Origin: Eledone cirrhosa
Lineage: Eukaryota
Reading direction: 5' to 3'
Assembly: GCA_964016885.1 (NCBI GenBank)
Contig: OZ024742.1
Coordinates: 341,496,001-341,560,000, forward strand
DNA: 64,000 nucleotides
A program made the translations under genes and the position numbers. Of this stretch, positions 1 through 12,018 are shown piece by piece; the first letter of the stretch is position 1, and the number at the start of each line of letters is the position of its first letter. The notes beneath the pieces were generated by a model. It made no database searches, was not told where the DNA came from, and worked only from the letters and a program-made list of their open reading frames with translations.

Positions 1-74
<74 letters not shown>
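1..74. repeat. (TA)n microsatellite
   Basis: Pure TA run at the window start. Confidence 0.95.
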
Positions 75-77
<3 letters not shown>

Positions 78-84
78 TTTTTTT

Positions 85-570
85 TTTTGTTAACCTATAA
101 TTATATTTTAATATAGATAAAATACAAAATCTGTTTTAATTATTATAAACCTAATTAACATATACTATAGAAATTAATATATAATTTTTAATTTAGTTAA
201 CCTATAATTTATATTCTACTACCGATGAAATACTTGATTTGTTTTTTTCCCTATTACTAAATTCATTTCCTAATATTGATACCATAATGTTAATATTTTT
301 AATTTAGTTATGCTATAATTAATACTCTACTACTGTTTAACTTCAAAATTCCGCTTCAAAGATTATAAACCTAAGTAGTATACACCTTAGAAATCAATAT
401 ATTAACTATTTTTAATTTAGTTAACCTATAATTAATAGTCTACTTATATTAAAATGCATAATTTTGCTTTCTTTCTTACATTTCCTAATACTGAAACTAC
501 TATGTAAACACATATTATGATCTAGATGCAATTTAATATTCTATGTTCCTTGAAACCTATATTTACTATA
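85..570. repeat. Degenerate AT-rich tandem repeat, ~110-bp subunits arranged as a ~220-bp dimer
   Basis: (TTTA)GTTAACCTATAATT-like motif recurs near 89, 192, 303 and 416. ATTATAAACCTAA recurs at ~142 and ~362, and ATTTCCTAATA at ~265 and ~480. Confidence 0.6.
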
Positions 571-699
571 ATCCCCTCCCCCCCCCCCCCTATAATTATT
601 TGTATTTGTAAGCGTGGATGTACATATGTATATGTAGGTAGGTATGTATGTTTGGGTGCTTGTATGTGAGTATAAAAATACATAAGTGCGCATGTAAAT

Positions 700-716
700 A
701 AGGGTGTATGATTGTG

Positions 717-763
<47 letters not shown>

Positions 764-903
764 GTATATATATGTATATATGTATGTGTGTATATATATG
801 TATATATATATATCTATGTGTATGTGTGTGTGTGTATATATATGCGTATGTGTGCGTGTATATGTGAGTATATATATATATATATATTTGTAGTTGATGT
901 GTG

Positions 904-948
<45 letters not shown>

Positions 949-976
949 GTGCATAATTGTCTGACTGTGTGTGTAT

Positions 977-1007
<31 letters not shown>

Positions 1008-1022
1008 TTTTTTATATATATG

Positions 1023-1083
<61 letters not shown>

Positions 1084-1186
1084 GTGTATGTATATGTGTG
1101 TGTGTGTGTGTGTGTATATATGCGTATATGTATGTGTATGTGTGTGTGTGTATATATATGTGTATGTATGTATGTATATGTATATG

Positions 1187-1217
<31 letters not shown>

Positions 1218-1304
1218 GTATATGTGTGTGTGTATATGTGTGTGTGTATGTGTGTGTGTATATATATATATATATGGGTATGTATGTGTATATATGTATG
1301 TACA

Positions 1305-1347
<43 letters not shown>

Positions 1348-1738
1348 TGTGAATATGTATATATATATATATGTGTGTATGTATATGTGTCTATGTATTT
1401 ATATGTGTATACGTATGTGTCTCTATATATATGTGTGTGTATATATGTGTATATATATGTGTATATATATAAATATATATATGTGTATGTATATGTGTAT
1501 ATATATATATATCGATGTGTATTTTATATTTTACTTGTTTATATATATATATATTTTTTTTTTTAATATTCTTCTTTTTATTTCTAAATTTATAGATACA
1601 TTTTTAAATAGGCAGTTTGTCTGACACCCGTAAATACTGACCCCCCCCCCACCTACTTTCTGTATCTGGATCTAAATATATGTGGCAGTGCTTATGTGCG
1701 CGCCTTAATGTCCATATGCTTATGATAATAATATATAC

Positions 1739-1777
<39 letters not shown>

Positions 1778-1900
1778 TGTGTGTGTGTGTATGTTCGTGG
1801 TTATGTGTATGTTTATGCGTATATGCGCGTGTGTGTGTGAATGTATGTTTATGTGTGTATATATGAATGTATATATGTTTATATACGTATATGTATTTTA
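700..1900. repeat. Compound (TA)n/(TG)n/(TATG)n/(TTTA)n microsatellite region
   Basis: Read directly. All ORFs here are YI/VC low-complexity artefacts. Confidence 0.9.
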
Positions 1901-2143
1901 TCTGTAGATTATAAGCATACAGAGACATTAGCCCTGAATTTTTGTATTTACATACATTTTCTCGACATGCGTATGCATGTGAACATATATTTTTATGCAT
2001 ATCTGTGAACGAAGTTACTTACATATATACACACACCTAACTGTAATTTCTGGATATATTTTTGTGTATTTCATTGGTCAATTTGAACTCTGTTCCCAAA
2101 CAGACCTGTAATTTTGAATTGTTGTTATTATCAATAAATATAT

Positions 2144-2296
2144 TTCATTATTTCTGAAGACGGCATATATATGTGTTGGTATGTATATTAAATTTGATAG
2201 TTTGTATAATTTTGTATAATTTTGTACATAGATCTGTTGAATATGCATGCCAATTCTAACACATATATGTCCTAGAAACGATCGTTAAATAATGAA
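2144..2296 (+). ncRNA. Type I hammerhead ribozyme motif with an unusually long stem II
   Basis: Stem I TTCATTATTT (2144-2153) pairs with AAATAATGAA (2287-2296). Core CTGAAGA is at 2154 and GAAA at 2275. Stem III is the palindrome ACGATCGT and the cleavage triplet is GTT. Stem II is closed by GGCATATAT.../...ATATATGTCC. Confidence 0.7.
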
Positions 2297-2443
2297 CTTT
2301 TTTTGTTTAATATAAGGAACTGTTTCATTGTTTTATTCATTATTTTTTTAATATTTTATATATATATATATATATATAGACACATATATATATATATATC
2401 CAGAGTTGACATTGCACTCAGTGCTCCTTTGGGAGCCCCTACA

Positions 2444-2504
<61 letters not shown>

Positions 2505-2924
2505 AAGAGATGTCAACATGGATAGACCTGTTATTTTTATCTAAAGATATTTTTTCCAATTCCAACCCGCCCGTCTATCTTATTTCTCATTCTTCTTTCT
2601 GATGAAGGACTAGCGTCTAAACGTTAAGACCCTCTTCCTGCTATATCAAGCGTTAACGTCATCCTTGTATGCGGTTGAACGTTATCATGAAGGAATCGAA
2701 CAGGACCATGTTGTTGGTGCACCTGTGTTATTCTCACTGCTGAACTGTCAAGATGCTGGCAATAGACGTCAGATGTTAAGCTGGTGTTTGGCGGGAGCAG
2801 TTAGTAGTGGATGTCACCTTTACAGTCTCACCAGATGCTCAATACTACTTTGCGAGGGTGGAGGCCAGCCTTTGCTTGCCATTGTCGTGAACTCTCTTTA
2901 TCAACTTTCAATCACTTGCACTTG

Positions 2925-3050
2925 ACATCCGCCGAAGTTAACTTTGCCTTTCATCCTTACGGAGTCGATAAAATAAAGTACCAGTAATACACTGATATAA
3001 TTTCTGGCCTTGTGCCAAAAGTAGAAACAATTATTATTATTATTATTATT
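2925..3050 (+). mobile_element. SINE-like repeat, 5'-truncated, with (ATT)n tail
   Basis: Shares ACTTTGCCTTTCATCCTTACGG.GTCGATAAAATAAAGTACCAGTAAT...GGCCTTGTGCC.AAAGTAGAAACAATTATTATT with 8866-9062 and, on the minus strand, 9823-9967. Confidence 0.75.
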
Positions 3051-3263
3051 GAGTCTTAACGGACGTCTTTTTGCTTGCTCCCGTAAGTTCACTTATTTAC
3101 CTATCAAAACTGATTTTTTGAATTTTTGTTGTTGTGTAAGGCATACAAGCCCTTGGACTTTGCCCTGTGAAGGAGAAAGAATAATATTTCGGCCTTTTGG
3201 CCCAAATATTTGAACTTTTTTTACATTTAAAAAAATTTACGAAGAAAAAAAAACAAAAAAAAC

Positions 3264-5224
3264 ATGGCTGAGCCACGCCCCCCAGCGAGATGTCTGCTGT
3301 CGTGCGACAGCGACGTAGAAGTTGAGAGGAGCGCTACAGCGAAATTAACACAAATTGATAACACAAACACCACTACAAACAATGTGAACAAAGATAGCAA
3401 TGATAACAACACTAAGAACTCTAATTTTTAAAAAAATGACAATAACAGCGACAACGAAAATACAGTTAACAGAAATAATGACAAATGCAACAACAATATC
3501 AACACCACTAGCATGAAAACAAACAGCGACAACACCAACAACAACAATACCAACTGCACCGAGAACAAGGGTGGCAACAAAGACAACAATGATAACAGCG
3601 ACAGTGATAACAACAACACCAACAAGAACAACGACAACGACAACAACACCCCCAACGAAAACAAGAACACTTTCGCTACGGCAGCAGCAAAAAAGAGGCC
3701 ATGCTTCAACATGGACCTCTCAAACAAAGATGAAAAGTTGGCCCAGGCATGGAAGCTCATCAACCAAGAGCAAACCTGGGCCAACTTAACAGTCCCGGTA
3801 GAAGCTATTGAGGCAGTGGAGCGCAGAACGGTGCATTATAGATGCATCTCAGCACAAACCAAAAGGGCAGCTTTAATCCCACAAGCAGATGTCGAAGTCG
3901 CGCTGAGGTGCATCAGAGAAGACACCGAATACATAGCGAGGGGCAGACAGTACGGCACTATTTCGGTGTTGTTCAAGTCAGAAGCCCTCGCTATGAAACA
4001 CGCTATGGCTCCTTGCAAAACCAGCAAGGTCATAATGTACCCCTCCCACATGGGAAAATTCCCAGAATCCCACCAGGACTTGACATGTGGTGACTTCTGG
4101 GTTGTGTGATTGTGGACAGGACGGATACAGTCCCTATAGAAGTGACCAGAACGGCCAGAGAGGACTGGTCCGGGGTTGACCTGGAGATCATTCTCCAGAT
4201 CAGGCCCGAGAATGTTAAGACAATCCCAGACCACATCCGCCTTCAGAATGGTACTGTCATTCACATTATGACCGAAGGCAAAAGGCCGCGGTGTTTTGTT
4301 TGTGGGGAAAAAACCCATTTGCGAGCCTTCTGCCCTCAACTGCTGAAAGAGGCAAGGGGTCGAAAGACTCCACTGCTGCCGACGCCGGGGCGAGGACCAC
4401 AACCAACACCTGCACCGGCAAAACTACCAACAACACCAATAGAAAGACCACCACCAACATTGACCACCCAGGGGGAAAACGATGAAAGCTATCAAATTCC
4501 CCCTCCCCCCCAAAATACACACACCAATAAAACCTTAAACATACATACAGACGCACTTACAGACACAGACCCCTCATCTACCAGTAGTGAAAATGAGGGA
4601 AATCCAAAATCCCCCAAAATACAAAAAAGGAAACACAAAAAGAAAAAAAAAACTCAACAAAGCACAAAAGCACCCACAATAAAAAACGCAGACACCACCC
4701 TCGCAAACATCTCTCCAATAACACCAACATCAATACCAACATCACCATCACCGGAATCCCCCAAACGCAAACAACCGAAACAGACGCAAGAACAAATATA
4801 CACACAAACATCTGAAACCACAGACACCGCACTCACAACAAACACAGACACAACCGAAACAACACCACCAAACCCATCACCACCACAGCCACGCAAACAA
4901 ATAAAATCACACCAACAAAACAACCAAAACTTCGTGCTCGTCAGGAGGGCCAACAAGGAACTGATGGCCTTCGTAGCACGAAGTGAAAATATACAAAAAG
5001 AGGGGGAAATTTTTAAATCGAGCACATTTCGCGTGCCGGAAGATTTGGTTCTGGTGCGAATGTCGCTCGACATATTCAAAGAAATACGAGACAGCTTTCC
5101 TCGGGAGGTGGTAACCCCTAACGTAAAACCCACTTCAAGACTTTTAAAGGGGTTCCCAAAAGAAACCCCACTAACTATGGAGGTCGAACAACCCGACCTT
5201 CACAAGAGCCCGGAAGGTAAGTAA
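3264..5224 (+). pseudogene. LINE ORF1 (gag-like nucleic-acid-binding protein), disrupted
   Basis: ATG at 3264, in-frame TAA at 3429 and a frameshift near 4100. Has an Asn/Thr-rich N-terminus, the zinc knuckle CFVCGEKTHLRAFC (CX2CX4HX4C) and a Pro/Thr-rich C-terminal half. Confidence 0.8.
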
Positions 5225-5255
5225 ACCTTCCTCTCTCTCTGTTTAACCTGCCAAC

Positions 5256-8200
5256 ATGGCCGTATTAAGAGTAGGATGTTTAAATGTTCGAGGCCTGGAA
5301 TGGGAGGCGGGGTGGCAGTGCTCTTTAGGAAAGGCCTGGATCTCGAGGTAAGGTCGATCTTCCGGGACCCGGACGGGAAGTTGGTGGTCCTGGACGTGAA
5401 CAATAATGAAGGTGGTGGATTTAGACTGGTGGCCGTCTATGCTCCTACTGGGGCAGGACGGCCGGACTTCTTTAGACGCCTGGAAGCCTTTCTGGGTACG
5501 TCTCGCCCTTTACTGTTAGCGGGGGACTGGAACGGTATCTTAGACGCACGCTGGGACTGTGTGGGAGTATCCGATAGGAGCGGGGGGTGCAAAAGCCTCA
5601 AGAACCTGATCAGCCAGTTCCAACTGTCTGACAGGTACCGACTAGATTTCACTAATGCGCCTGTGTGGACCTGGGCTAACCGCATAGGGTCATCTAGATC
5701 GTATATAGACAGGATATTCATTAGGAAAATAGACAGAAATAGTGTAAGCTGTCCACGTTTTGAAACGGTCGCCTATTCAGATCACAAGTTTGTGATCGGT
5801 ATGGTCGACCTAGATAAGACGCGTATGTTAGGACCTGGTTACTGGAAGCTAAACATGTCATTTCCGGCACGTAGGGCTTACAGGGACCAGGTCAACAATT
5901 TAGTTAAGAAAAAGTTGACAGGGGGAGTCGTCAACAATAGATGGTGGGAGGCTCTCAAAAGAGAGATTAGAGTAATGTCGATAGAGTTTAGCAAAGAAGT
6001 AGCATTAGAGAAAAATAGGAAGAAGGGGGAGTTGGTAGATAAGTTAGACGAGGCCATTGGTAGTGGCATTGCAATTGACGTGCGAGCGGCGAGAATGGTA
6101 TGAGACTATTTCTTCAATGCGAAACACGAAGGTTGCATTGTCAGAGCTAAGGCGCGTGCTCTGAGAAACGAGGGAACCAAAGCTGTTCGATGGGCCCGCG
6201 TGGCAGAGGCGCAGCGTGGTAATAAAACCCCGATTCGGTCTTTGACGGACCGAGACGGGCACGAGCTGAGCGATTCCAAGAGGATGTGTGAGGTCTTTCG
6301 CCAACATTTTGCTCGGTTCTTCGGGGGAAGTGGCGGGTCAGAGATAGTGGCGGACTTCAGTCCCTACCTCGATGGCTTGCCGCAACTCTCGACGGCTGAC
6401 GCTGGGCGCTGCGAAAGGCCAATTACTTCAGCCGAGATTCGGGATGCCCTTGTAGGCTGCATGAGGCGCAAGTCACCCGGTTTGGATGGTCTGCCCTACG
6501 AGCTTTACGTAAATATGCCAGACTTGTTCTCCAATATCCTCGAAGCCCTCTACTGCAACTGGCAGCAAAACGGGAGTATTCCCAGTTCTGTGAGCCGGGC
6601 GTAGTGACGCTGATAAGGAAAGACGAGAACAAGAGGGACACATTAGACAATTTCAAGCCCATAACTCTACTCAACACAGAGTTTAAGATTTTGGCCAGGG
6701 TGTTAGCGAAGAGGTTGGCGCTTGTCGTCGTGGATTTGGTTGGGGAGACGCAAACTTGCGCAATCCCAACCAGGTCCATACACGACAACCTCCACCTAAT
6801 GCGATACATCATAGAGAGGGTAGGGTGTAAACCTGGCTTCGGTGGGGCACTGATCAATTTAGATCAATCGAAAGCATTCGATAGGGTCGACCATCGGTAC
6901 CTGGAGGCTGTCCTCAAGGCGGCTGGCTTCGGCCCCGTCTTCAGAAGCTGGATCGCTGCAATGCACAGCGGCACCTGCTCGATGGTCAAAATTAATGGCC
7001 ACTTCTCGGAACCGTTTCAGGTCTCCCGATCGGTCCGTCAAGGGTGCCCTCTCTCCTCCCTTCTGTACGTATTGACTCTCGAGCCTTTACTGCGGAAGCT
7101 GGAGCTGTTGCAGGGCATCCCGCTCGAACCGGGACGCGGAATGGCTGTGTCGACTTATGCGGACATCACCGTGATGGTGTCGGACACCTCAGATATCGAG
7201 GTAGTCGGCAACTTATTGGAGGAATATGGAAGGTTGACGGAGGCAAAACTTAACCCGGAAAAGTCAGTAGGCTTGCAACTCGGCACCTGGAGAGGCAAGT
7301 CCATGCCGTCCAACAGCGTCGTTAGACGCTGGACGGACGGACCGGTAAAGTTGCTAGGGGTTTGGTTAGGGCCAGACCTCCAGGTGGATAAGAATTGGGA
7401 CGAGATGACGGGCAGGGTAGTCAGTCTCACCCAGAAATGGGCTGGGATGAAGCTATCACTGAAAGGTCGGGCGGAGGTGGCTAACGCGTACATCGCGTCC
7501 GTCATCTACTACCGTCTGACAGTCGTCCCTTGCCCCCGTTCGCGCCTCGCCATCTTGGAGCGGCTCCTCTTCAAATTCTTGTGGAAGGGTCAGGTTCCGC
7601 TGGTGAGGCGATCCATCTGCTTCCAGCACCCTCTACGTGGAGGGCTGGGCTTGCCGTGGATAATGATGCGCAGGCACGCGCTGAGGCATCTCCAGATATT
7701 CTGCCTAAACGTTTGTCAGACGGGCCTTTCTGCAGCTCGTTTCTTTGACTGAGTTGTAGTCCTGGGTCAAGAAGAGACCGAGACTGGGTGACTGGCATCT
7801 GGAATGTTGCCAGGCACTCACTGCCCTCTACCAGGCAGGCAATGCGATCAGTGGAACTTCCACTCTCGAGTTCTATAGAGGATTAGTGGTGGGCAAGTGC
7901 GACGACGCACTCGGAGAGGCTCTGGGAGTAAACGAAGTCGAACTAACCAGTCTGTACCGGAGGACTTTCGAGCCGGGGACGATGGATAATTTCCAAAAAT
8001 CCCTCGCTTGGATGCTACCGGGGGGCATTGCCGGTTCGAGATAAACTCTACAGGCACGGAAGTGCTCTCAGACGGACCTGCCCGAGATGCGCGCAGAGCG
8101 ACGAAACCGTTCTGCACGCACTCGTCCAGTTTACGTGCATTACTGACTTGTGGAGTTATGTTGAACAGCTGTTGTCGCGTGTAGAACGGATCCGGCTATC

Positions 8201-8519
8201 GGCCGAGTCCATAGTGAAGATCGACCGGCCGCCTTCTTTTGGCCAGGAGGAGCAGGCAATTTTCCTCTGTCTGGTGGCAGTAGCGAAAGAGGTTGTATGG
8301 TGGACGAGGTTGAAAGGACTGAAGACAGACACTTTTCTCTTCGGCCAATCCCTCATCAACTTTTTCAAGTTTCACTTGGAAAAGAGGGTGAGGGTGGAGA
8401 GAGAAGTGCTGCCCCCCCCCCCCCCCCCCCCCCCTCCCCCCAGTACATTTGCTGAAAGGTGAGTGAATGTGGCGAGAATGACCCGTGTGAGTGGGCCTAC
8501 TCTGGTCATGCGGCTGTAG
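5256..8519 (+). pseudogene. LINE ORF2 (APE endonuclease - reverse transcriptase - zinc finger), disrupted
   Basis: APE motifs are MAVLRVGCLNVRGL, GGVAVL, VYAPT, AGDWN, YIDRIF and SDH. RT motifs are KSPGLDGLP, FKPITLLN, DQSKAFDRV, VRQGCPLS and YAD(D deleted)IT. The C-terminal finger is CPRC-X8-H. Stops occur at 6101 and 6602, with several frameshifts. Confidence 0.92.
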
Positions 8520-8865
8520 GTAGGTAAATTTGAAGAGGAGAGGGGTGCCCTTCCAGGGTGCTCTCGAAGCGTCGGGTCGTTCAGGACTGGTGGGGTACCT
8601 GAGCGAACCCTAGGTGGTCATCCTCCCTATTGGGGAATTTTTTCTTGTAATTTTATTGTTACTTTATTGTTACTTTGTTATTGTTACTTTGTTGTTGTTA
8701 CTTTGTTATTGTTACTTTGTTGTTGTTACTTTGTTATTGTTACTTTGTTTATTCATATTGTTTACTCGATTTTTCTGTAAAACCCCACTGTCCCAGTCTT
8801 TTGTATTGTCCCCTATATGTCGGCCCTTGTGGCCAATAAATGAAATCATTATTATTAGTAGTAGT

Positions 8866-9062
8866 AAAGGCGGTGGATTGGCAGTATCGGTAGAGGGTCG
8901 GACGCCATGCTTTCCAGCATAGTTACGTCCCTTTACGATCTGAGTTCAAATCCCGCCGAGGTTGACTTTGCCTTTCATCCTTACGGGGGTCGATAAAATA
9001 AAGTACCAGTAATGCACTGGGTAATTGTTGGCCTTGTGCCTAAAGTAGAAACAATTATTATT
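8866..9062 (+). mobile_element. tRNA-type SINE-like element, most complete copy in the window
   Basis: The head GGCGGTGGATTGGCAGTATCGGTAG is A-box-like and GAGTTCAAATCC is B-box-like. The body is shared with other copies and it ends in an (ATT)/(AGT)n tail. Confidence 0.75.
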
Positions 9063-9141
9063 AGTAGTAGTAGTAGTAATTGCGATAGTAGTAGTAGTAG
9101 TAGTAGTAGTAGTGATGGTGGTAGTAGTAGTAGTAGTAGTA
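9062..9141. repeat. (AGT)n microsatellite
   Basis: Read directly. Confidence 0.9.
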
Positions 9142-9369
9142 GAAACAATTAATGTAGAGGCACCATTGTTCATCAGCTGTGGAAGGTAACTAGTTGGTTG
9201 TGCGATGGCAGGAGTGCAGAGAAGTCGCAGCTGCCGCCCGACATTCACCATGACGCTCAATCAAGCATACACACGCAGGCTCACTCACACGGGTACACAA
9301 GCACGCACGCACAAAACCACACTAAAAAAACTGGCGGGAGCAGCAGTATACAAAGACCAAACACGTGCA

Positions 9370-9775
9370 AACTTACATGGGCACGGGCACGCACACTCAC
9401 ACACATGGACACACACAAACACAAACACACATGGGCACACACACACACACATGGGGTCACACACACACACACACACATGGGCATACACACTCACACACAT
9501 GGGCACACACACAAACACATATGGGCACACGCATACAAACTCATACCACACACACACACACGTGGGCACACACATACAACCTCATACCACACACACACAT
9601 ACAAACTCATACCACACACACACACACACACATAGAAACTCATACCACACACACACACACACATAGAAACTCATACCACACACACACACATGTGCACACA
9701 TACAAACTCATACCACATACACAGATGGGTACACACATACAAATAAATACGACACACACGCACACACACACACAG
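9370..9775. repeat. CA-rich compound minisatellite
   Basis: Units (CA)n-TGGG and AAACTCATAC-(CA)n are each repeated several times. Confidence 0.8.
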
Positions 9776-9822
9776 AACTCAGAATGGCAGAATGACTAAT
9801 AATAAAACTGAATGACTAATAA

Positions 9823-9967
9823 TGGTTTCTTATATAGGCACAAGGCCAGCAATTTTGGGGGAGGGGAAAGTCGATTAATCCGACCCCAGTACGTGACTGG
9901 TACTTTATTTTATCGACCCCGTAAGGATGAAAGGCAAAGTTAATCTCGGCGGGATTTGAACTCAGAA
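9823..9967 (-). mobile_element. SINE-like repeat, minus-strand copy
   Basis: Reverse complement of the 8940-9055 body, including GGCACAAGGCC, ACTGGTACTTTATTTTATCGACCCCGTAAGGATGAAAGGCAAAG and GGATTTGAACTCAG. Confidence 0.75.
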
Positions 9968-10050
9968 TGGCAGAATGACTAATAATAAAACTGAAATGAA
10001 ACTCGATTAGTGTGTGTGCGATTATATATATATATATATATATATATATA

Positions 10051-10305
10051 CGATATTAATAAATCGAAACTATATTTATAAAACCATATTTATTTCATTA
10101 TATATATTTCAAGGATACCAAGTTACATTATGGTATGCCTTCATCAGACAAAATACAATATATAACAGTTTTATAAATAGACATTGACGTACCCCTTTAA
10201 AAATTGACCGTTGCTTTTGGAGGCCATCAGGATAGTGGTTTGTTTACTTTAGTAAGTCATGGTGTTAAGAGTAAGTAAAAAGATGGAGAGAGAGAGAGAG
10301 AAACG
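10051..10305 (-). mobile_element. Hammerhead-bearing repeat (family B), single-arm copy
   Basis: Closely matches 17656-17908 and abuts (TA)n at 10050. It may extend rightwards through the AG/AT-rich sequence. Confidence 0.8.
10091..10155 (-). ncRNA. Type I hammerhead ribozyme motif (family B)
   Basis: Minus strand reads TATTTTGT-CTGATGA-AGGCATACCA..TGGTATCCTT-GAAA-TATATAT-A-ATGAAATA. Stem I has two G-U pairs and stem III is the palindrome ATATATAT. Confidence 0.75.
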
Positions 10306-11419
10306 TGGAGAAAAGAAAGGGAGATATAGATAAAGAAAAAGAAGAAAGCAAAAAGAAAAGAGAACAGAGGAAAAATAACGGGGAGATATCAAACCATCAG
10401 ACAGAGAAAAAATCCAGAGAGAGATATATAGAGATAGAGAGAGGGGGAGAGAACGAAAACCTTAAGTTATGTTATATTAAGTTGAGTTAACAATTGGGAT
10501 GAAATGAATAAATAAAATTAGAAATATTAATATTGATGAATGGAATATAGATATATAATATGAGAAATTACACATTGTTTAATTATGATTAGATATTTAG
10601 TTTAAAAATTGAGTTCAATATATTAAAAATTGGAATTTAAACATTATAAAATATATATATTGCTAGAGAGATTATCTATCGCATATTACATACACATAGG
10701 CAACGGTACATAAATATATATATATACACACTCACTCAGAAAATACACATTATATCTACTCCCGCATATAATATATACATACAAAGCATAAGTGATTTTT
10801 TTTATTTATTGCTATACATTCCTTGTGTTATTAATTAAAAATTAAAAATGTTTAGTATATATATATAAATATATAGGATTAACTTTCATGCATTTATGGC
10901 TGTTAAGTTATGCATATCTGCAATCAAAAACTGCATGTGTAAGCCTGTACATTCACATCCATAATTCTTAGCTACACATGAATAGATAGGTGTGTGCATC
11001 TTCAATTAGTAAACACGCGTCACTCATGCATATATACAGACAGACATATAATCATAAAAAAGCATATAACACATGTATATGTATGTCAACACACACATAT
11101 AGATACATAAGCCGTACATAGACATACGTATACATCAATATATAACATAGTACAATTGAGTATATAAAATACAAAAGGATTATATTTTGGAAATATAAAT
11201 TATATCAATATAACTTAAAAGGCAAACGAATTCTACAAATATCAAAATACTAAAATATCCCAAAATATTATAGAATATTTTAAGTTAAAATAATATGTTT
11301 AATATATTTAGTATAGAAATTTATCTTACGTATATTTTAATCAAGATATTGAAAGGACAAACTTTTGAAAATTATGAGAAGCTATCAGAATAAAAAATAA
11401 ATCTAATAAAATCTAATAT

Positions 11420-12009
11420 CTACTGGCGCTGATAACGTGCATCTTTCAACTTCTCTGCAGATAATCTTCGAGGACGTGAGAAAACGGGTGGACCTGTAGT
11501 AGATATAAAGTGTTCAATCACATGATCCGGACTAGCAATTCGTAATCTTCCTTGCGTCAGCTGTGGGAATGATTTTAACAAACTGTGATACTGGTTGCCC
11601 ACTTCAGCCAAGAAAAAAGCAGGGCTTACTGTGGCGATCTCCGGCTTTGTACCCTCGAACGATAGGCCTGTATTAGCTAAAAAAGTCGTTGTCTGCGGAT
11701 GTCAATCGACAAGGAAAATTGGTGGAGGAAATCCGCTCCCAAAATGGCGTATGGCAAGTCGGCGATAGTAAACTTCCACTTCAATTCACGACACAAATTT
11801 TTAAACCGAAGAGGAAGCGAAATTTGCCCGTACGTTCGAATGGCCGTGTGGTTGACTGCTCGTAAATTGATATTTGATTCAGATGGGGTTTTTTTAAGAT
11901 AACTGACTGGCCAAATACTTAGTGACGCGCCAGTGTCGACAAGAAAAATTTTTTGACTGCAGATTGTACACAAAAAGATGACGGTTTGGTCGAGTTTCCC
12001 AGAGTTCAC
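11420..12009 (-). pseudogene. Retrotransposon pol fragment: aspartic protease and start of RT region
   Basis: Motifs FLVDTGASLS, AILGADFL and TTGPPVFSRPRRL. Interrupted by a stop at 11677. Confidence 0.85.
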
Positions 12010-12018
12010 TAGCCGCCC

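Larger units (their letters stand above)
3051..8848 (+). mobile_element. Near-full-length non-LTR retrotransposon, L1/Tx1-type, decayed
   Basis: Contains ORF1 with a CCHC knuckle and ORF2 with APE endonuclease, RT and C-terminal zinc finger. The 3' UTR has TTGTTAC repeats and ends GGCCAATAAATGAAATC. (ATT)n lies on both sides. Confidence 0.9.

Noticed and set aside
2599-2630. Hammerhead-like CTGATGA-AGGACTAGCGTCT-AAACGTTA
   Set aside because: The GAAA core reads TAAA and stem I is unconvincing. At best this is a decayed motif.
3428-7798. Antisense ORFs over the LINE (and similarly over the PLEs and gag)
   Set aside because: These are shadow frames of retroelement coding sequence with no recognisable motifs.
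8412-8441. Poly-proline stretch in LINE ORF2
   Set aside because: This is an expanded poly-C homopolymer and probably unreliable in length.
8866-8960. tRNA gene
   Set aside because: Only A/B-box-like motifs are present with no cloverleaf. It is part of a dispersed SINE-like repeat.
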